A DNA stretch of 64,000 nt, taken from Octopus bimaculoides (taxonomy: Eukaryota). This document shows, piece by piece, positions 26,513 to 39,530 of the stretch. The position numbers and the translations under genes were made by a program. Numbering within the stretch: position 1 is the first letter of the stretch; the number at the start of each line of letters is the position of its first letter. The notes below the pieces were generated by a model. The model was not told where the DNA came from. It made no database searches and saw only the letters and a program-made list of their open reading frames with translations. The stretch covers positions 172,595,058-172,659,057 of the forward strand of contig NC_068981.1 in NCBI RefSeq assembly GCF_001194135.2. The letters are read 5' to 3'.

Positions 26513-29500
26513 ACCAAGTGCTAACTGTTGTCAAAAGAGAAAACAGTGGTTTGGATGTGGGGTGAATAACATTGAGAATTGAAGAAAGGCATTGAAATGA
26601 TTCAGAGACTTAAGGATAAAAAATATAAGGTGATATGAACATAACCAAAATCAAACATTTAAGATATAAGTGGGCAACTGGGTTAATGATGATTTAATTT
26701 TTTTTCTTTAATGAAACATTTACTTCATTATATCAGATATTTTTAAGAAAAATTATAACTTAGTTTTAATACATTTTTTTTACCCTTTTTCATTTTTGGT
26801 TAAAATGTGTTTGTCCCAAGCTTAAGTTTTAATCTCGAACATTTCATTTTGTAAACAAACTATTCATATTGCTATCTCTATTATTATTCACATATACTGG
26901 GCTAAATTTTTTATTTTGCTCAAATACAATTATCTGTACATATATCATCCCAAAGACTTTTTTGTTTACCAGTTTTTACATATGTAAATGCTAGTAATCA
27001 TGTTCATTTTGAGGTCACATTGTTTACTAATTGATGTTGTTGTATATTAAATCATCCTTGATCTACCTATAATTTATAATATGACCTTGTTACAAGAACA
27101 TTTGGCTTGTATTTTCAGTTTGTTTTCATCCAGTTTCCTTTAAAACTAAACTGATAGGCTACATAAAACTGATATATATTCAAAGACAAAAAGGACAAAT
27201 AAAATTCAATGCTATCATGACTTAATCCAACAGTTCAAAATTCAACATATATAACAAATATAATAATATAAAAACAAATTTTAGACTTTGGAGTACATTT
27301 CAGAGGAAAATGCAATGTCTTTCCAAGCCCAGTTAGAAATCATGTTAAATGATATCAATATATCACAAAGAAATGGCTCAGGAGTTTTGTTAGCCAGGTA
27401 TCAATACATTAAGCTATATTTGTTGCACCCCATCAATAATTAGTTTAATAAATTCACTCTTTAAGTAGTATTCATCAAGAATTGTTGTCTGTTTTATTTG
27501 TTTTCTATGACTTTTTAATTACTAGAAACATTTGTGAAATTATTTGGATGACACTCTTAATATTATGGGAATGCTACATACTTTGTATTCTAAAAGTAAA
27601 GAATGAAATATTTAAAGGTTTCTGGTATTTATAAAATTTCTTAATAACTGTTTATCCATTTAATTTTTATTTTAAATTCAATCTAAAGGTCTATCCTATA
27701 GATTTTTATTCTGTATTAGACTACTTCTTAAATTTTAAAATTGTTTTACCTACATAATGCAAACCTTTAAATAAAGTAGTTCTCTCAAAATTTTAAATTA
27801 TTCATCTACTTTTGGAAAATAGATATTTAGTACACATACAATTCAACAGCGGTTTCTTTGGCTATTGGCAAAGGAACTTATCTTGGAAAAGTAACTATTA
27901 ATTCATAGTCAAAATATTGATTTCTTACATTGGCTCAAGGACACAAATTTATAGGGGAGAGCATAGTTGATAAATCAGCTATATTACTGATAATTATTTT
28001 ATGATCTCTAGAGGGAGAAAAGGCAAAGTCAACCCCAACAGGATATGAAATTCAAAAGTCAAAATTTTAGCAATGCTGTAAAGAAGTGGAATCCCTGCTG
28101 AAGACATTTGTAATATGTGTTACAATAAATGTTCCTCCTCCCACTTTTTGTCATAGTGATTGGCAACTGTAAAATACTTTCTTACAACTAATATCCTGAG
28201 AACTAAGATATTCAGTCTGTCCCTAAGATATAATGTCAGCCTCATAAATAGGACTAGCACTTTCTGGTCTACTATTACATACGTTAAGAATGATGTGGAA
28301 TAGGAAAATCCTGCATGTTTAGTCATTACTTCTTTCTTTGCAGCATAGCATAGCAAATTTGAATGCTGGGACCTTGTGAACTAGATCTTGGCAAGTAATT
28401 GATACCATAGAATGTAGACATGTAGATATATGTTGCATGCAAGCACAGAGATGAAAATTAGTGCATCTGTAAGAATGATCACAAAATACATGTTAAGGTC
28501 TAAGCTGCGAACATTGGAACTGAGAGAGTTACTATACTTTTTGCTAGAAGTTGAACTGGAAAAGTGTTAGAATATAAGTAAATAACAAATTCAAAGGTAG
28601 ATGAGCAATTATGTTTGAGTAAGCAATATAAGCTGAACTAGCTCACAAATTATTGCATATTCTATTAATTTGTTATCTTACAAATATAAAAAAGATTAAC
28701 CAAACGTGGAAGACCTTTATGGGGGGGGGGGTATTTTTATTTTTTTTACTTAAAGGTGGTATAATAGCTGAGTAATGAACTTTTAATGTAAACTGGATAA
28801 CATTGATAAGTTACTGAGAAGCCTAATATTTGATTCAAATTTTATCGTTGTTGACTTAACCTTTCAGTAAACAGTGTTGTATATATGGTCAACTCTGTCA
28901 TTTAAAGAACACTTCCTTGATTGATGAAAGTTTACCAGCAACAAAAATACATTTACCAAGCTGTCCTTAAATATCTCATTGCAAAGTACTCAAATAACAA
29001 TGACATTTGATAAAAGATGGACTTGACTAGAAATATATACAGAGATGAGTAATAATAGTATCATATCAACCTTTTTAGGAAAGCAAGGACTGTAAACATT
29101 TTGATACAAGATATTGTATGCCATAAAAATTTGAATACATAATTAATTATCCCAGTTGAATATATAATTAATCTTCAATGTAACACTGAAATTGTAAGAT
29201 ATTTGCATGTTTTAAAAGTTCCTTTTATATTAAAGATTCATTGATAAAAGCTTGTCAACAAGCTTTTATCAGTTATACATTACAAGTAAAATGTATTGTA
29301 TTCTCATTTAGCCAGTTAAATATTCAGAAAAGTTACAGTTATTCTTAAAAGTATTTGAAATGACAAGCCACCTTATGAAATAGAAAAGAATGGAAAGTGC
29401 ATAAGACTCTTAAAAGCATAGAAAGTCTTGTGAAATATGTTAGATGGGGAACAGATATTGTAACCAAAAGGTTACTGATATTCTAAGCCTGTCCTTTGAA

Positions 29501-30071
29501 AATAAATCAGTCATACAGATCAAATCAACATTTGTATACAAGAAAATCAATAAATTAAAAAACAAATCATTGCTGAATAAAACCTTTTTAAATATATTAT
29601 TGTTGTTCTTGTTTAACAAACAGCAAGTTTAACTCTGACACTCAAAAGCATTTCAGCATGATTTTTTTTTTTCAACCAAGTATATCTAGAACAATATTTT
29701 CTAGTGTACCCTACCTTTTATAAGATAGTAGGATAATAAGCAGAGCAACTGACTGCTTAGAGACTTATTCAAAATTGTTTAAATTATGTAAAAATAGGTT
29801 TGAACATAAAACTTGTATATATATATAGAAACAATGCACTTTGAAAGTAATTGGAGTATCTTGTTTGTTATAGATATGTTAGATATTTTACAAGAGTTTA
29901 AATGTTACGAGATGGTTATTGAATTATATTAAATTTACAGGAAATATCCAAATGCAAGTGGGTATTTTTAACTACTTTGAAAACACAATTTGTGCAGTTT
30001 CACAAGTTTGCAAAATTGCAATCAGTTTAGAAATCAGAAGTATTTTAAAATACATTGTAGTTGTGAACCCC

Positions 30072-30366
30072 CATGCCAGTGGCACGTAAAAAGCACCATC
30101 TGAACATGGCCAATGCCAGCGCCACCTTGACTGGCTTCTGTGCTGGTGGCATATAAAAAGCACCAACCAATCGGGATCGTTGCCAGCTCCCTCTGGCCCC
30201 TGTGCTGGTGGCACGTAAAAAGCACCCACTACACTCTCGGAGTAGTTAGTGTTAGGAAGGGCATCCAGCTGTAGAAACACTGCCAGATCAGACTGGAGCC
30301 TGGTGCAGCCTCCTGGCTTCCCAGACCCCAGTCGAACCGTCCAACCCATGCCAGCATGGAAAACGT
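30072..30366 (+). mobile_element. RTE 3'-UTR fragment
   Basis: Three gcacgtaaaaagcacc modules, then gggcatccagctgtagaaac...ccaacccatgccagcatgga. Confidence 0.88.
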
Positions 30367-32010
30367 TTTATTATACTAAAGCATTGAAAAATTGTTTGTA
30401 GACAATGTGATTGCATGCATTTCTGAGTAATTATAAGGTACTCCCAAACTACATACAATGAGTACAGTTGTAATAATGGAATAATTTTTTTGAGATCATT
30501 GGTTTAGGGTTTCATTGAATTAGAAAAAATTGTTTTAAAATGCCTATTCATTCAGGCAGTAAATAAATTAGAAAGGTGTATTTTTGACATATTTCTGAAA
30601 ATAATGATATTAAATAATGGTAATTTGACTCATCTAACCTATTCTATCATAGAAAATAATTATAAAAAGTAGGATAATCAAATATAATAGATAGAATTAA
30701 CATATTTTGCAAATCACTTGTCCAAAATTTATTCTATCCCTATATCAATTATTGTTTTTAAAGTATTCTCTTCATATTCATCACATTTAGTCAGTCAAGT
30801 ATATATTTTTAAAAACTATAATCTTAAGAATTGCTGTTTCCTGTTAAAGTTTATTATCTATATTTATTTTTATCAGAGAATTCAGATCATCACATACTAG
30901 TTGGGTAGATTTTGCAATTAAAGAACAAAACATACATACATGCACACACACACACATTAAGTAGCTCATATTTTGAAGCCAGCTATGAAGTAAGTGATAC
31001 AAATAATACATCTACAAAACATTTTTCAAATGTTTTCTGTTTATAAAATGCTGAAGAAAAACTCACTGTTGCATCACTTACCTACATAAAGTCTACATAA
31101 ATTTATATATAGTGTTGTTGCCTAAATTTAGAAAAGAAAAAAATGTTAAACTGCATTAAACCTGGAAGCAATTACTCAACCCATGTAACTTGTGGGGTTA
31201 AGGTAATATGGGAGGGAATTCTTTTAAAATCTTTTTTCTATTTTGGATACAAATTCTATTTCTCTGAAAATTCAATTCTGACATCACATCTAAATATGGT
31301 AAAATGACTTCAAATTTTTACTAATATCAATGTTCTGTATTTAACTTCATGGTTCTATGTTTTAAAAGCTGTTGTGGATTTTTTTTTTCTTTTCCTTTTT
31401 TTGTCTTTGCACAAAATTGAAGAGAAATGAATAGCAATTTGAATAGATTTCTTTGGAAATAGCAAATTGTAAGGCAGAAAAGCAGCGTTCAACATGAATT
31501 TGTAGGTGAGATCTAGAATTGAATTAGTATATATACATTTAAATTGTGGTTCAAACATTTTAATTTTGAATAGAGTTAGCTACTATTGAAACATTTTTAA
31601 CCATTTAAGAATGGTACTCTCAATAAAGAAATAATTTATATCTAATAGTAGAATAGGAAAAATCTAGAATCCAAGATAGATGTGAGGATCTCTGTCAGTC
31701 ATAGTTGTTTGATAGAAGAGTTCATAGAAGAGATTGGTAAGTTTAATTGACATGAGCAAGTGCTGAATTTAATTTTTTTTTTTTTTGTTGCAAAACTGCT
31801 TTGTGTGTAGTAGCTGAAGGTTTGGTGGTTTGCTCAATCCTAATTTTCTTAAACGGAATCTAATACCTTCTCTTTTGGTCATTATCCCAATTTTTTGTAT
31901 CAACACTGTGGCATGTTCTCATTCCATAAACCCCATTCCCAAACACAGTTTTTATTTTTGCCAACATTACAGATATAACATCTAACCAGCTGATATAAAT
32001 CCTTCCTACT

Positions 32011-32482
32011 TGTGTCGCGTAACTGGCCTATTAAAAGCACCCTTCGAACATTGGGCAATATGCTCTGCTTGTGAAGACCTGTCAAGCCAAGTGAAATCAT
32101 AGTCATGGCCGATGCTAGTGCCATCTGACTGGCACCTGTGCCGGTGGCGCATAAAAAGTATCGTTCAAGCATTGGGCCTCATAGAGGCAGTGACAGGTGA
32201 CCAAGACCTTTGGCAATATACTGTGCTTGAGTGGACCTGTCAAGCCAAGTAAGACCATAGTCATGGCCAACGTCAATGTCAGGTCAATAGCACCTGTGCT
32301 GGTGGCACATAAAAAAACACCCACTACACTCTAGGAGTTGTTGGCATTAGGAAGGGCATCCAGCCATAGAAACCTTGCCAAATCAGATCAGAACCTGGTG
32401 CAGCTCCCTGGTTTGCCAGTTTTCAATCAAACCATCCAGCCCTTGCCAGCATGGAAACCAGATATTAAATGATGATGATGAT
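32011..32482 (+). mobile_element. RTE 3'-UTR fragment with (GAT)n tail
   Basis: Same modules as 728-1123, including a duplicated caatat(g/a)ct...gacctgtcaagccaagt block. Confidence 0.85.
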
Positions 32483-33663
32483 ATACATGAAATAGGATGG
32501 AATTATATTAGATGATTAAATGCACCTATTATGCATGCATAAACAAAAACTGACTGTTTGGAAGTGGTGGGGTATACTCGTACACTCAACCTAGCCAGTA
32601 TGTATAAGTAGATACACATACCCTAGCCCTTTCGTTAACTTATGTAGGAATTTATAATGACATGTGATTGACTTAATCTATATTGGTGAATATCTTCCAT
32701 ATTGATTGGCAATGGGACAACCAATATTATGGTTTTATGAATCTTTTGAGTGACATCCATAAATTTTTGTACCATAATTTATTAATGAGTGCTGAACAAG
32801 TGTTACAATTTACAGCACTTTGTGTGTTGTTTAGATTTCTGTTGACGCTCCAAATCATCCCTGATTAAGGAGACTTATGGTGAAAGGCATTCAAATCTTG
32901 ATCAGCTTTTTTTTCTTTTCCTGACATAATGTATCTAGGATTGCATTATCCAATGTGTGTGTTCTTAACATGTTATGGTGTGATTATAAAGAGATTTGGC
33001 TGTTAATTATTGTAAGTTGACCAACCACATGAAAATTCCCTTGTTGACTTGTTCTTGTTGATTGATTATAATTATTAGGTGTAGTGGTTTATTGTATGAC
33101 ATAGTGATAGGCCATATCTTCTGGAAGATCTTGGCACATGATAAAATGCTAGTAATTTCAAAATTTTACTGCATGATTTAGATAAAGAAGGATAGCATCC
33201 ATGACCTTTGCAGGGTCTCCAAGACAGGTAGGGAGTGGAGAAAGTAAGCAGAAATTATGGCTCTTGGGTTGCTGTCATAGGAAGTACATCAAGATAGTGA
33301 ATTATTCTCATATTGTAGATATGGTCCAAACATTTGCAGCAATGGACTCTGCTAAAGGTAACCAAAGATCAGTTGATGTCCTTCAAATGAGCAAAGGATT
33401 AGGTCTAAAACCCAAGAACATGTATGGCTCAAATTGCCTCTGTACAGCTTCTGTCTCTCCAATTTCACTTACAAGTAAGGCTATAGTAAAAGATTTTAGG
33501 TTATGGTACACTGGGAGTGAACTCAGAATCACATGATCATGAAGTAAAATTTTTAACAACACAGCAGTACCTATACCTGTAAGCATTTAAATTAAAATCT
33601 AGCAGTATAAAGTCACATTAATATCATTAAAAAACTACATGCCATCATAAACCCTCCTTTCTA

Positions 33664-34252
33664 TCTATATATTACTAAAACTCTTGTGATTGCTTGCTTG
33701 CTTGTCTGTAATTTAATACAGCAAAACTGATGCATAATAGGAAAATACTCTGAAAGTAAGGTACCCCTGAAATGTGAATACAAATGGAATAAAACAAGTT
33801 TCACGTAAATTGGACCACAGATTCCCGAGATACGTGGTTTTTTGGCTACCTTCATAAATAGCTAAAATGGTGCATAATGGGAAAATACTCTGAAAATAAC
33901 ATAACCCTGAAATGGAAATATATAAAACTGTGAAAATTGTTTCCATTAATTTTATGTTTACATAATATAACAATTCCTTTCGCATTTTTGTAGAAGTGTG
34001 CACACATGCCATAAATAAATGCTGTTACTGGAGTTCAAGTTTATCCCAGAAGTTCTATTTCTAGTAGATGCTGTAAATAATCAATAAAACCTTAAACATG
34101 AACTTGTAAACCAGACCTATAATGACAAGAATGAATTAAAATATTTAACTGAATCATCATAAAATTAACTTTCATTTCAATGCAATGTTGAAACAGCTTC
34201 AGTGTTTTATAACCTGAACCGTCAGTGACCCAATGGGTCACAAGTAGTCTAG
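33664..34252 (+). mobile_element. Non-autonomous Helitron (589 bp)
   Basis: 5' A|TC(tatatattactaaaac) at 33663/33664; 3' hairpin GTGACCC-aat-GGGTCAC (34225-34241) 7 nt upstream of CTAG (34249-34252), followed by T. No TSD. These are the canonical Helitron hallmarks. Confidence 0.8.
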
Positions 34253-36057
34253 TTATGCAATAAAAATCAATCATAAATTTGACACAAACACCAAGGGACC
34301 TCACCAGAACTTCATATACCTTATGCCCTACCTATACTCCTCAATAGCCATTTGAAATCAACATTTATCTTTCACATTCACCATTTATCCACTTTTTTGC
34401 TTTCCGTCACTCTCTCACCTCTATCCTCTCTAGTGCTCAATAAAATGCACCCAGCTTACTCTGTTAAGTGTAGAGTTGTGAGGATGCTTTTATCTTATCA
34501 AAAGACATACCAATCTCTCTAGTTCTAGTACTGTCACAAAAAAAAAAAAATGTGAAATGGTTGCCATAGAAATCAAGTAAAAAAAAAAAATTGTGGATAA
34601 AACATGATTCCTCAACCCGTATAAGAGAGCAGAATTGACCTGTCCAACACATGCTAGCATGGAAAGCAGATGTGGAACAATGATGTTGATGATCATCATT
34701 GAAAGGGCATATCAATATCCACAATACCTTTAGGAACAAACAAAACAACCATACTTGAGAAACTAATGTCTCCTCTAAGCTCTCTATAAATACTAGATAA
34801 TTGCTAACCACATAGCATCATGATACATCCTCAAGCAAATTGTAATAAAACTTCTTTAGATATATCAGGTTATGTTCTGAAGGCCTAAAGCTAATGTATT
34901 TGTTTGTAATGTGTATGGCATCAGTTGTCATTGTGATAATATCGCATAACATTACCTGACAATCATATTGTTCATTTCCTGATTGTTACTGTTGTTGATT
35001 AGCTCCTGATCAGACCAGATTGAACAAATATATGATCAAAGATCAAAAACATACCAACCACGACCATCTTATCATTCTTTTAGAGGTATGTAAGACTATA
35101 GAGTCCAATACACTCTTCCCTTTCTTAAAATGGTTGGATGTTTTTTTAGGGAATTTGGCTGTTGTATCTTACCAATTGTATAACCATGTAATGGCTTCTT
35201 TGTTGGTTCTTAGAGTTATTGATTGTTTGCATGAGCAAGGAGAGTACACATTTTCCTTATTTTGTTAGTGGTCAAATAATAGCAATATTTTAAAGACTCT
35301 TTAATTTATATGTATATAAATACACACACACACCAAGCTGAGAAGGAAATCCTATCTTGAAACTTTTACTTTTTTTTTCACTCACTTTTTTTTATCATAC
35401 TCATGATTGAAAGTGATCTAGGTTATAAGTATGCAAAAGCAATCCAGACAGATTTGTCTAAATCAATGCTAGCATTAAAACACAATTGTTGTGGTTGATA
35501 ATAAATCAGCCAATAAATATGCCTTAGGCTTTCTTTAGAAAACTGGAGTTGCTAAAGTTATAATTAAATTAAAAATTTTAATTGCGAACTAATTTTAGAA
35601 ACACAGCATGCAGGGATGTTTTTTATAACCTATATTTTGTATATTTGCATGGATTAATTTTAAAATTGTCAAATCTCTTTTCAAATTTCCTTTTATGAAA
35701 CAAACTTTTTTTGGAATATCTTTTGTAATTTATTAAAACTTATGACTGTGTGAGAAAAAATCTTTGGAAGAAGGTAGGGGTGCTTACAAATTATTAGTGG
35801 AAATTTCTGATACCAAGTTGAAGTGTTAGTTTCCAATCTGTAACTAATGGTTAAAAAGAAAAACAAAATACTGTTTTATTGTTTGCAGCTAAATTGTTCA
35901 AAATCTATATTTTCACAAACTACGAAATTCATAGGACTGGTGCTGAGTTCTTGTTTCTGTAATACTAAATATAAATGATAATTTTCTTTCTGTTTAGGGT
36001 ATGAGTTCATCACAGTTAACTTTTGCAAAAGCTCACTATTATTTCTCCAAGCTGTAC

Positions 36058-36180
36058 ATCATCATCATCAATATTTTAATGTCCACTTTTCTATACTTGC
36101 ATGGGTGAGATGAAACTTGTTGAGGCAGATTTTTCTGCAGTCAAATGTTCTTCTTGTTGCCAACCCCCATTAGTTTTCAA
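36058..36180 (-). mobile_element. 3' end of a second LINE-related repeat with (GAT)n tail; further copies at about 49555-49700 and 52126-52340
   Basis: Shared catcatc...ttttaa.g.ccacttttc.atgcttgcatgggttagac...ttgaggcagatttt between the three loci. Confidence 0.7.
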
Positions 36181-36699
36181 GTAAAGAGATTTTTCTCCTA
36201 CTCATTCAAACTTGACTGCTCAGTGGCCAGACATGTTTGTATGGAAGATTGTAAATAAATAAGTGCTTGCATAGCAGTGATGTTTGTTTACAATCAATGT
36301 GCTATGTCAAGACAANNNNNNNNNNTCCATACACAAGGTTGGAGCTATAATAGAAAACACTTGCCTGAGGTGCTGTGCAGTGACTCTCAACCTAGAATCA
36401 CATGGTTGTGAAGTGAGCTTCTTAACCACAAAGCTATAACTGCTGCACTTAGACAAACTTCTTAAATACACAGCCATACCTGTACCTAGACAAATGGAGT
36501 CAAATAGAATGTAGTGTCTTTTCTAGAATCAGAAACTACAAAAGAAAAATATGTGCTGTTGTTATGAACTTGTGAACCTTAAGGTATTTGTACTATTTTT
36601 TAATTAACTAGTCACAAACAGATAATCAATGTTTATAGTTTGCTTGAAGATATCAATCTACCTCAAGTTAGTATATAGTGGTAGTGGTAACAAAGTTGA

Positions 36700-37440
36700 G
36701 AGGCAGATAATTCCAGGAATATGCTGACTTGAGGGAAAAAAATTGAGAAAAATTATCCAATAGATAGTGTAGGGTATGAAATTTGGTCAAAGTTTTAAGT
36801 GGAAGAGAAGTAGGCAATCATGTTAGGTTTGAGTGGAGATAGCCATTTAATAGCAAGAGATCACATTTTGTGTGTTGGTGAATAAGTAGTTGATTGTTGT
36901 GGGTTAACTTATAAAGTGGATAGATATTTGTTTTCTTTATTTTTATATGGCATAAAATGTTCTTGTGTGTATGATGTGGGTGGTGATGCATTGTTCTAGT
37001 TGGACAAGTGTCACTTCACTATTGGAGTATACTTGTGCTTTATAAAGGGTCAGTAACCTTACAAAGGGTCTGAATGTGTTTCTGGTCCTGGAGAAAACAT
37101 TGAGTCTTTATGACACACATTGAAGTACGTGCTATATATAGTTATCATAAAATGCCATCAGAGATTATAAAGCTTGTTATTCATAGTGTGAAAATTTTAG
37201 CTGTATGTTCATGTGTAGGGAGTGTAGTGTCTGCATTTTGGTGCTCATGTTGGCATATTCCATTGCAGAATGTTATTGAGGTCACTGCAGTGGTTTGCTT
37301 GTCTGATGAAAGGTATCAAGATAGCATGAAGATGAGGCCTATTCATGAAAGTTTAGAGAGGAGTAAAAATTGGTGTCATCTGCATAGGAGTGTATTGAGG
37401 GGGGTGGTCAGAGAAAAGCAGAAAGTGGGAGACAGCTTTT
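36700..37440 (-). pseudogene. Decayed CR1/L2/Jockey-group LINE reverse transcriptase and C-terminal region
   Basis: 37386-37375 encodes YADD in SYADDTNFYSSLNF, followed with frameshifts by SDLNNILQW and LLTL(Y)KAQV-like motifs; multiple stops. Confidence 0.7.
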
Positions 37441-38129
37441 GCAACAAGTGATATATTTTCTACACAGATAAAAAAAAAACCCATCTGATTTCACTCAGTG
37501 GATATTTTTAAAATAAAGCTTAAGCAAAGTTGAGTTAGTAACACTGTTGCATGCTTATTATTCCTTTTATGATTAGCATTTTGATTTAGTTAGACTACTT
37601 TATATACATATAAAGTAATCTTTCTTCTACACACTTAGTAGCTGTTAAAAATTCATTTATTTGCCAGATTTTTGGTCAATTATATATTGATTACCCATGA
37701 CAACAAATTTGTTTATTCCTAGCTGGCCACATAAGTAATAGAGAAAATTGAGTGTCCCTCTTGATCCCATACACTATAAAATCTGATAAATCAACTCCTA
37801 AATGGTTTATCCAAGGTTCTTTTGCTGCTGTACAAGAAAATACATTGCTTATAATACTTAGAGGAAAATATCCACTGACAGCAACCATATGGTACACATA
37901 TGTAAGCACAATTTGTACAGTATGACCAGCTAGTAAGTAAAACGTGCCTGTCTATAATGCATGGCTTCTACACTCTCTGTTTGATAAAGTGAATGAATGC
38001 ATTCTCTTATTGGGTTAGAAAAATTTTCAGTTTTGTTAAATCTTCCTTCCCACTACTTATCAACACAGATGACTCTTCAAGCTGTACTCCAGTAGCTAAA
38101 GTCAACAGTTACTTTAACTCCACCCTTTA

Positions 38130-38252
38130 TATATAATATANNNNNNNNNNNNNNNNNNNNNNNNNNNNNNNNNNNNNNNNNNNNNNNNNNNNNNNNNNNN
38201 NNNNNNNNNNNNNNNNNNNNNNNNNNNNNNNNNNNNNNNNNNNNNNNNNNNN

Positions 38253-38295
<43 letters not shown>

Positions 38296-38312
38296 TATAT
38301 AGATATATAGAT
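38130..38312. repeat. (TA)n/(TAGA)n microsatellite spanning a gap
   Basis: Direct reading. Confidence 0.95.
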
Positions 38313-39334
38313 ATACACACACAAATATGCACCATATTGCAGCTAGACTTCCTTTGCTTAACCTATCTTCTCTACTACCTATGTTCACAAAAACCAAATG
38401 CAACAAATCTTTAAAATACAAATGGACCAAATAAACATCATTACTCTGAAACAACAGGTCCATGTCCTTCTCTAACTCTTTAATTTTGCTCTTTCTATTG
38501 ACACATATCTCGAGATTTATAAACATCTTTTCAAACTTAACAACTACCAGCCTTAGTGTTCTTAAATTTTAACACCTGATTTTATTTTGAAAGTTAGGGA
38601 GATGTTCATAATCACTTTAAGTCAATGACTCCTTTGCAATAAGGCCACCTGGAGATCTACTGTTTGTTGCTACATTACCTATAGCCATTTGCTACTACAA
38701 GGTTTAGTAAAAGCAAAGTGTTGCCCCTGAGGAGACTAAAGTCTTTGAACATATCTAAAAGAAGACTTCTCAGTTAAAACTGTTCTTGGTTGCATGCACT
38801 TCTTGAATCTAACCATCAGATTACCCCCATTGCAGCCCTTCCACATTACTCTGAGGTACTCTGAGTTTTTAGTACCCTGTTAATATTTGCCTTTCTCTAT
38901 TGTACTTATTCACAGTTATCTCAAATTGTGTACACTACGTTGCACTCATGCTCAGATGATTACATTCTTAATGCCTCCTTGGTTTTAATTCATGTTACCC
39001 CAATCTCTCTCACAAAGACATAAGTACCTCGCAAACATTTAACAGTAACAAAACATCTCAAGCAGACAAATTCATCACAACATATCTCTTCTACTCACAA
39101 ATAATATACTACTTGAACATGCCACTTCACACAAGTTCTTGGTATATTAGACTCTCACAACCATTCGTGGAAACTATGCATCTTCTTCTTAGTAAGGACT
39201 ATATCTCAAAAACTAGTTTCCATCTCTGGAGACAAATCCTGTACAAAATACAAATGTCTACACAAGAATATTTCCAACATATTTGAGATGGCATGCTTAC
39301 CACATGTAGACTTGATTTAACAAACAACTTCACA

Positions 39335-39530
39335 CTTACACACACACACATATTCAGTCCCCATCTACTAATACTACTTCCAGCCAATTTCCATCAACCA
39401 GTTTCACTTACAAGGCATTCATTAGCCTATAGTAAAAGACACTTGACCAAAGTGCCATGCTATTGGGTCAAACCCAAGATCATATAGTTGTGAAGTGAAC
39501 TTCTTAACCACACTGATATGCCTACATCTG
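39335..39530 (-). mobile_element. Degenerate SINE family A, 5' half
   Basis: gcctatagtaaaagacacttgaccaaagtgccatgc...aacttcttaaccacac is the reverse complement of the family A head. Confidence 0.7.

Noticed and set aside
27304-27397. Open frame EENAMSFQAQLEIMLNDINISQRNGSGVLLAR between AG and GT
   Set aside because: Weak pyrimidine tract and weak donor (GTATCA). A vague resemblance to Polinton-associated GSGW motifs was not supported by the flanks.
32700-33560. ORFs 33201-33536 (+) and 33383-33586 (-)
   Set aside because: Probably a decayed LINE endonuclease/linker on the minus strand (HTCSWVLDLILCS-like), too degenerate to call. Similar unassigned decayed LINE-like tracts occur at about 4600-4900, 7300-8050, 25000-25400, 38350-39260 and 62350-62700.
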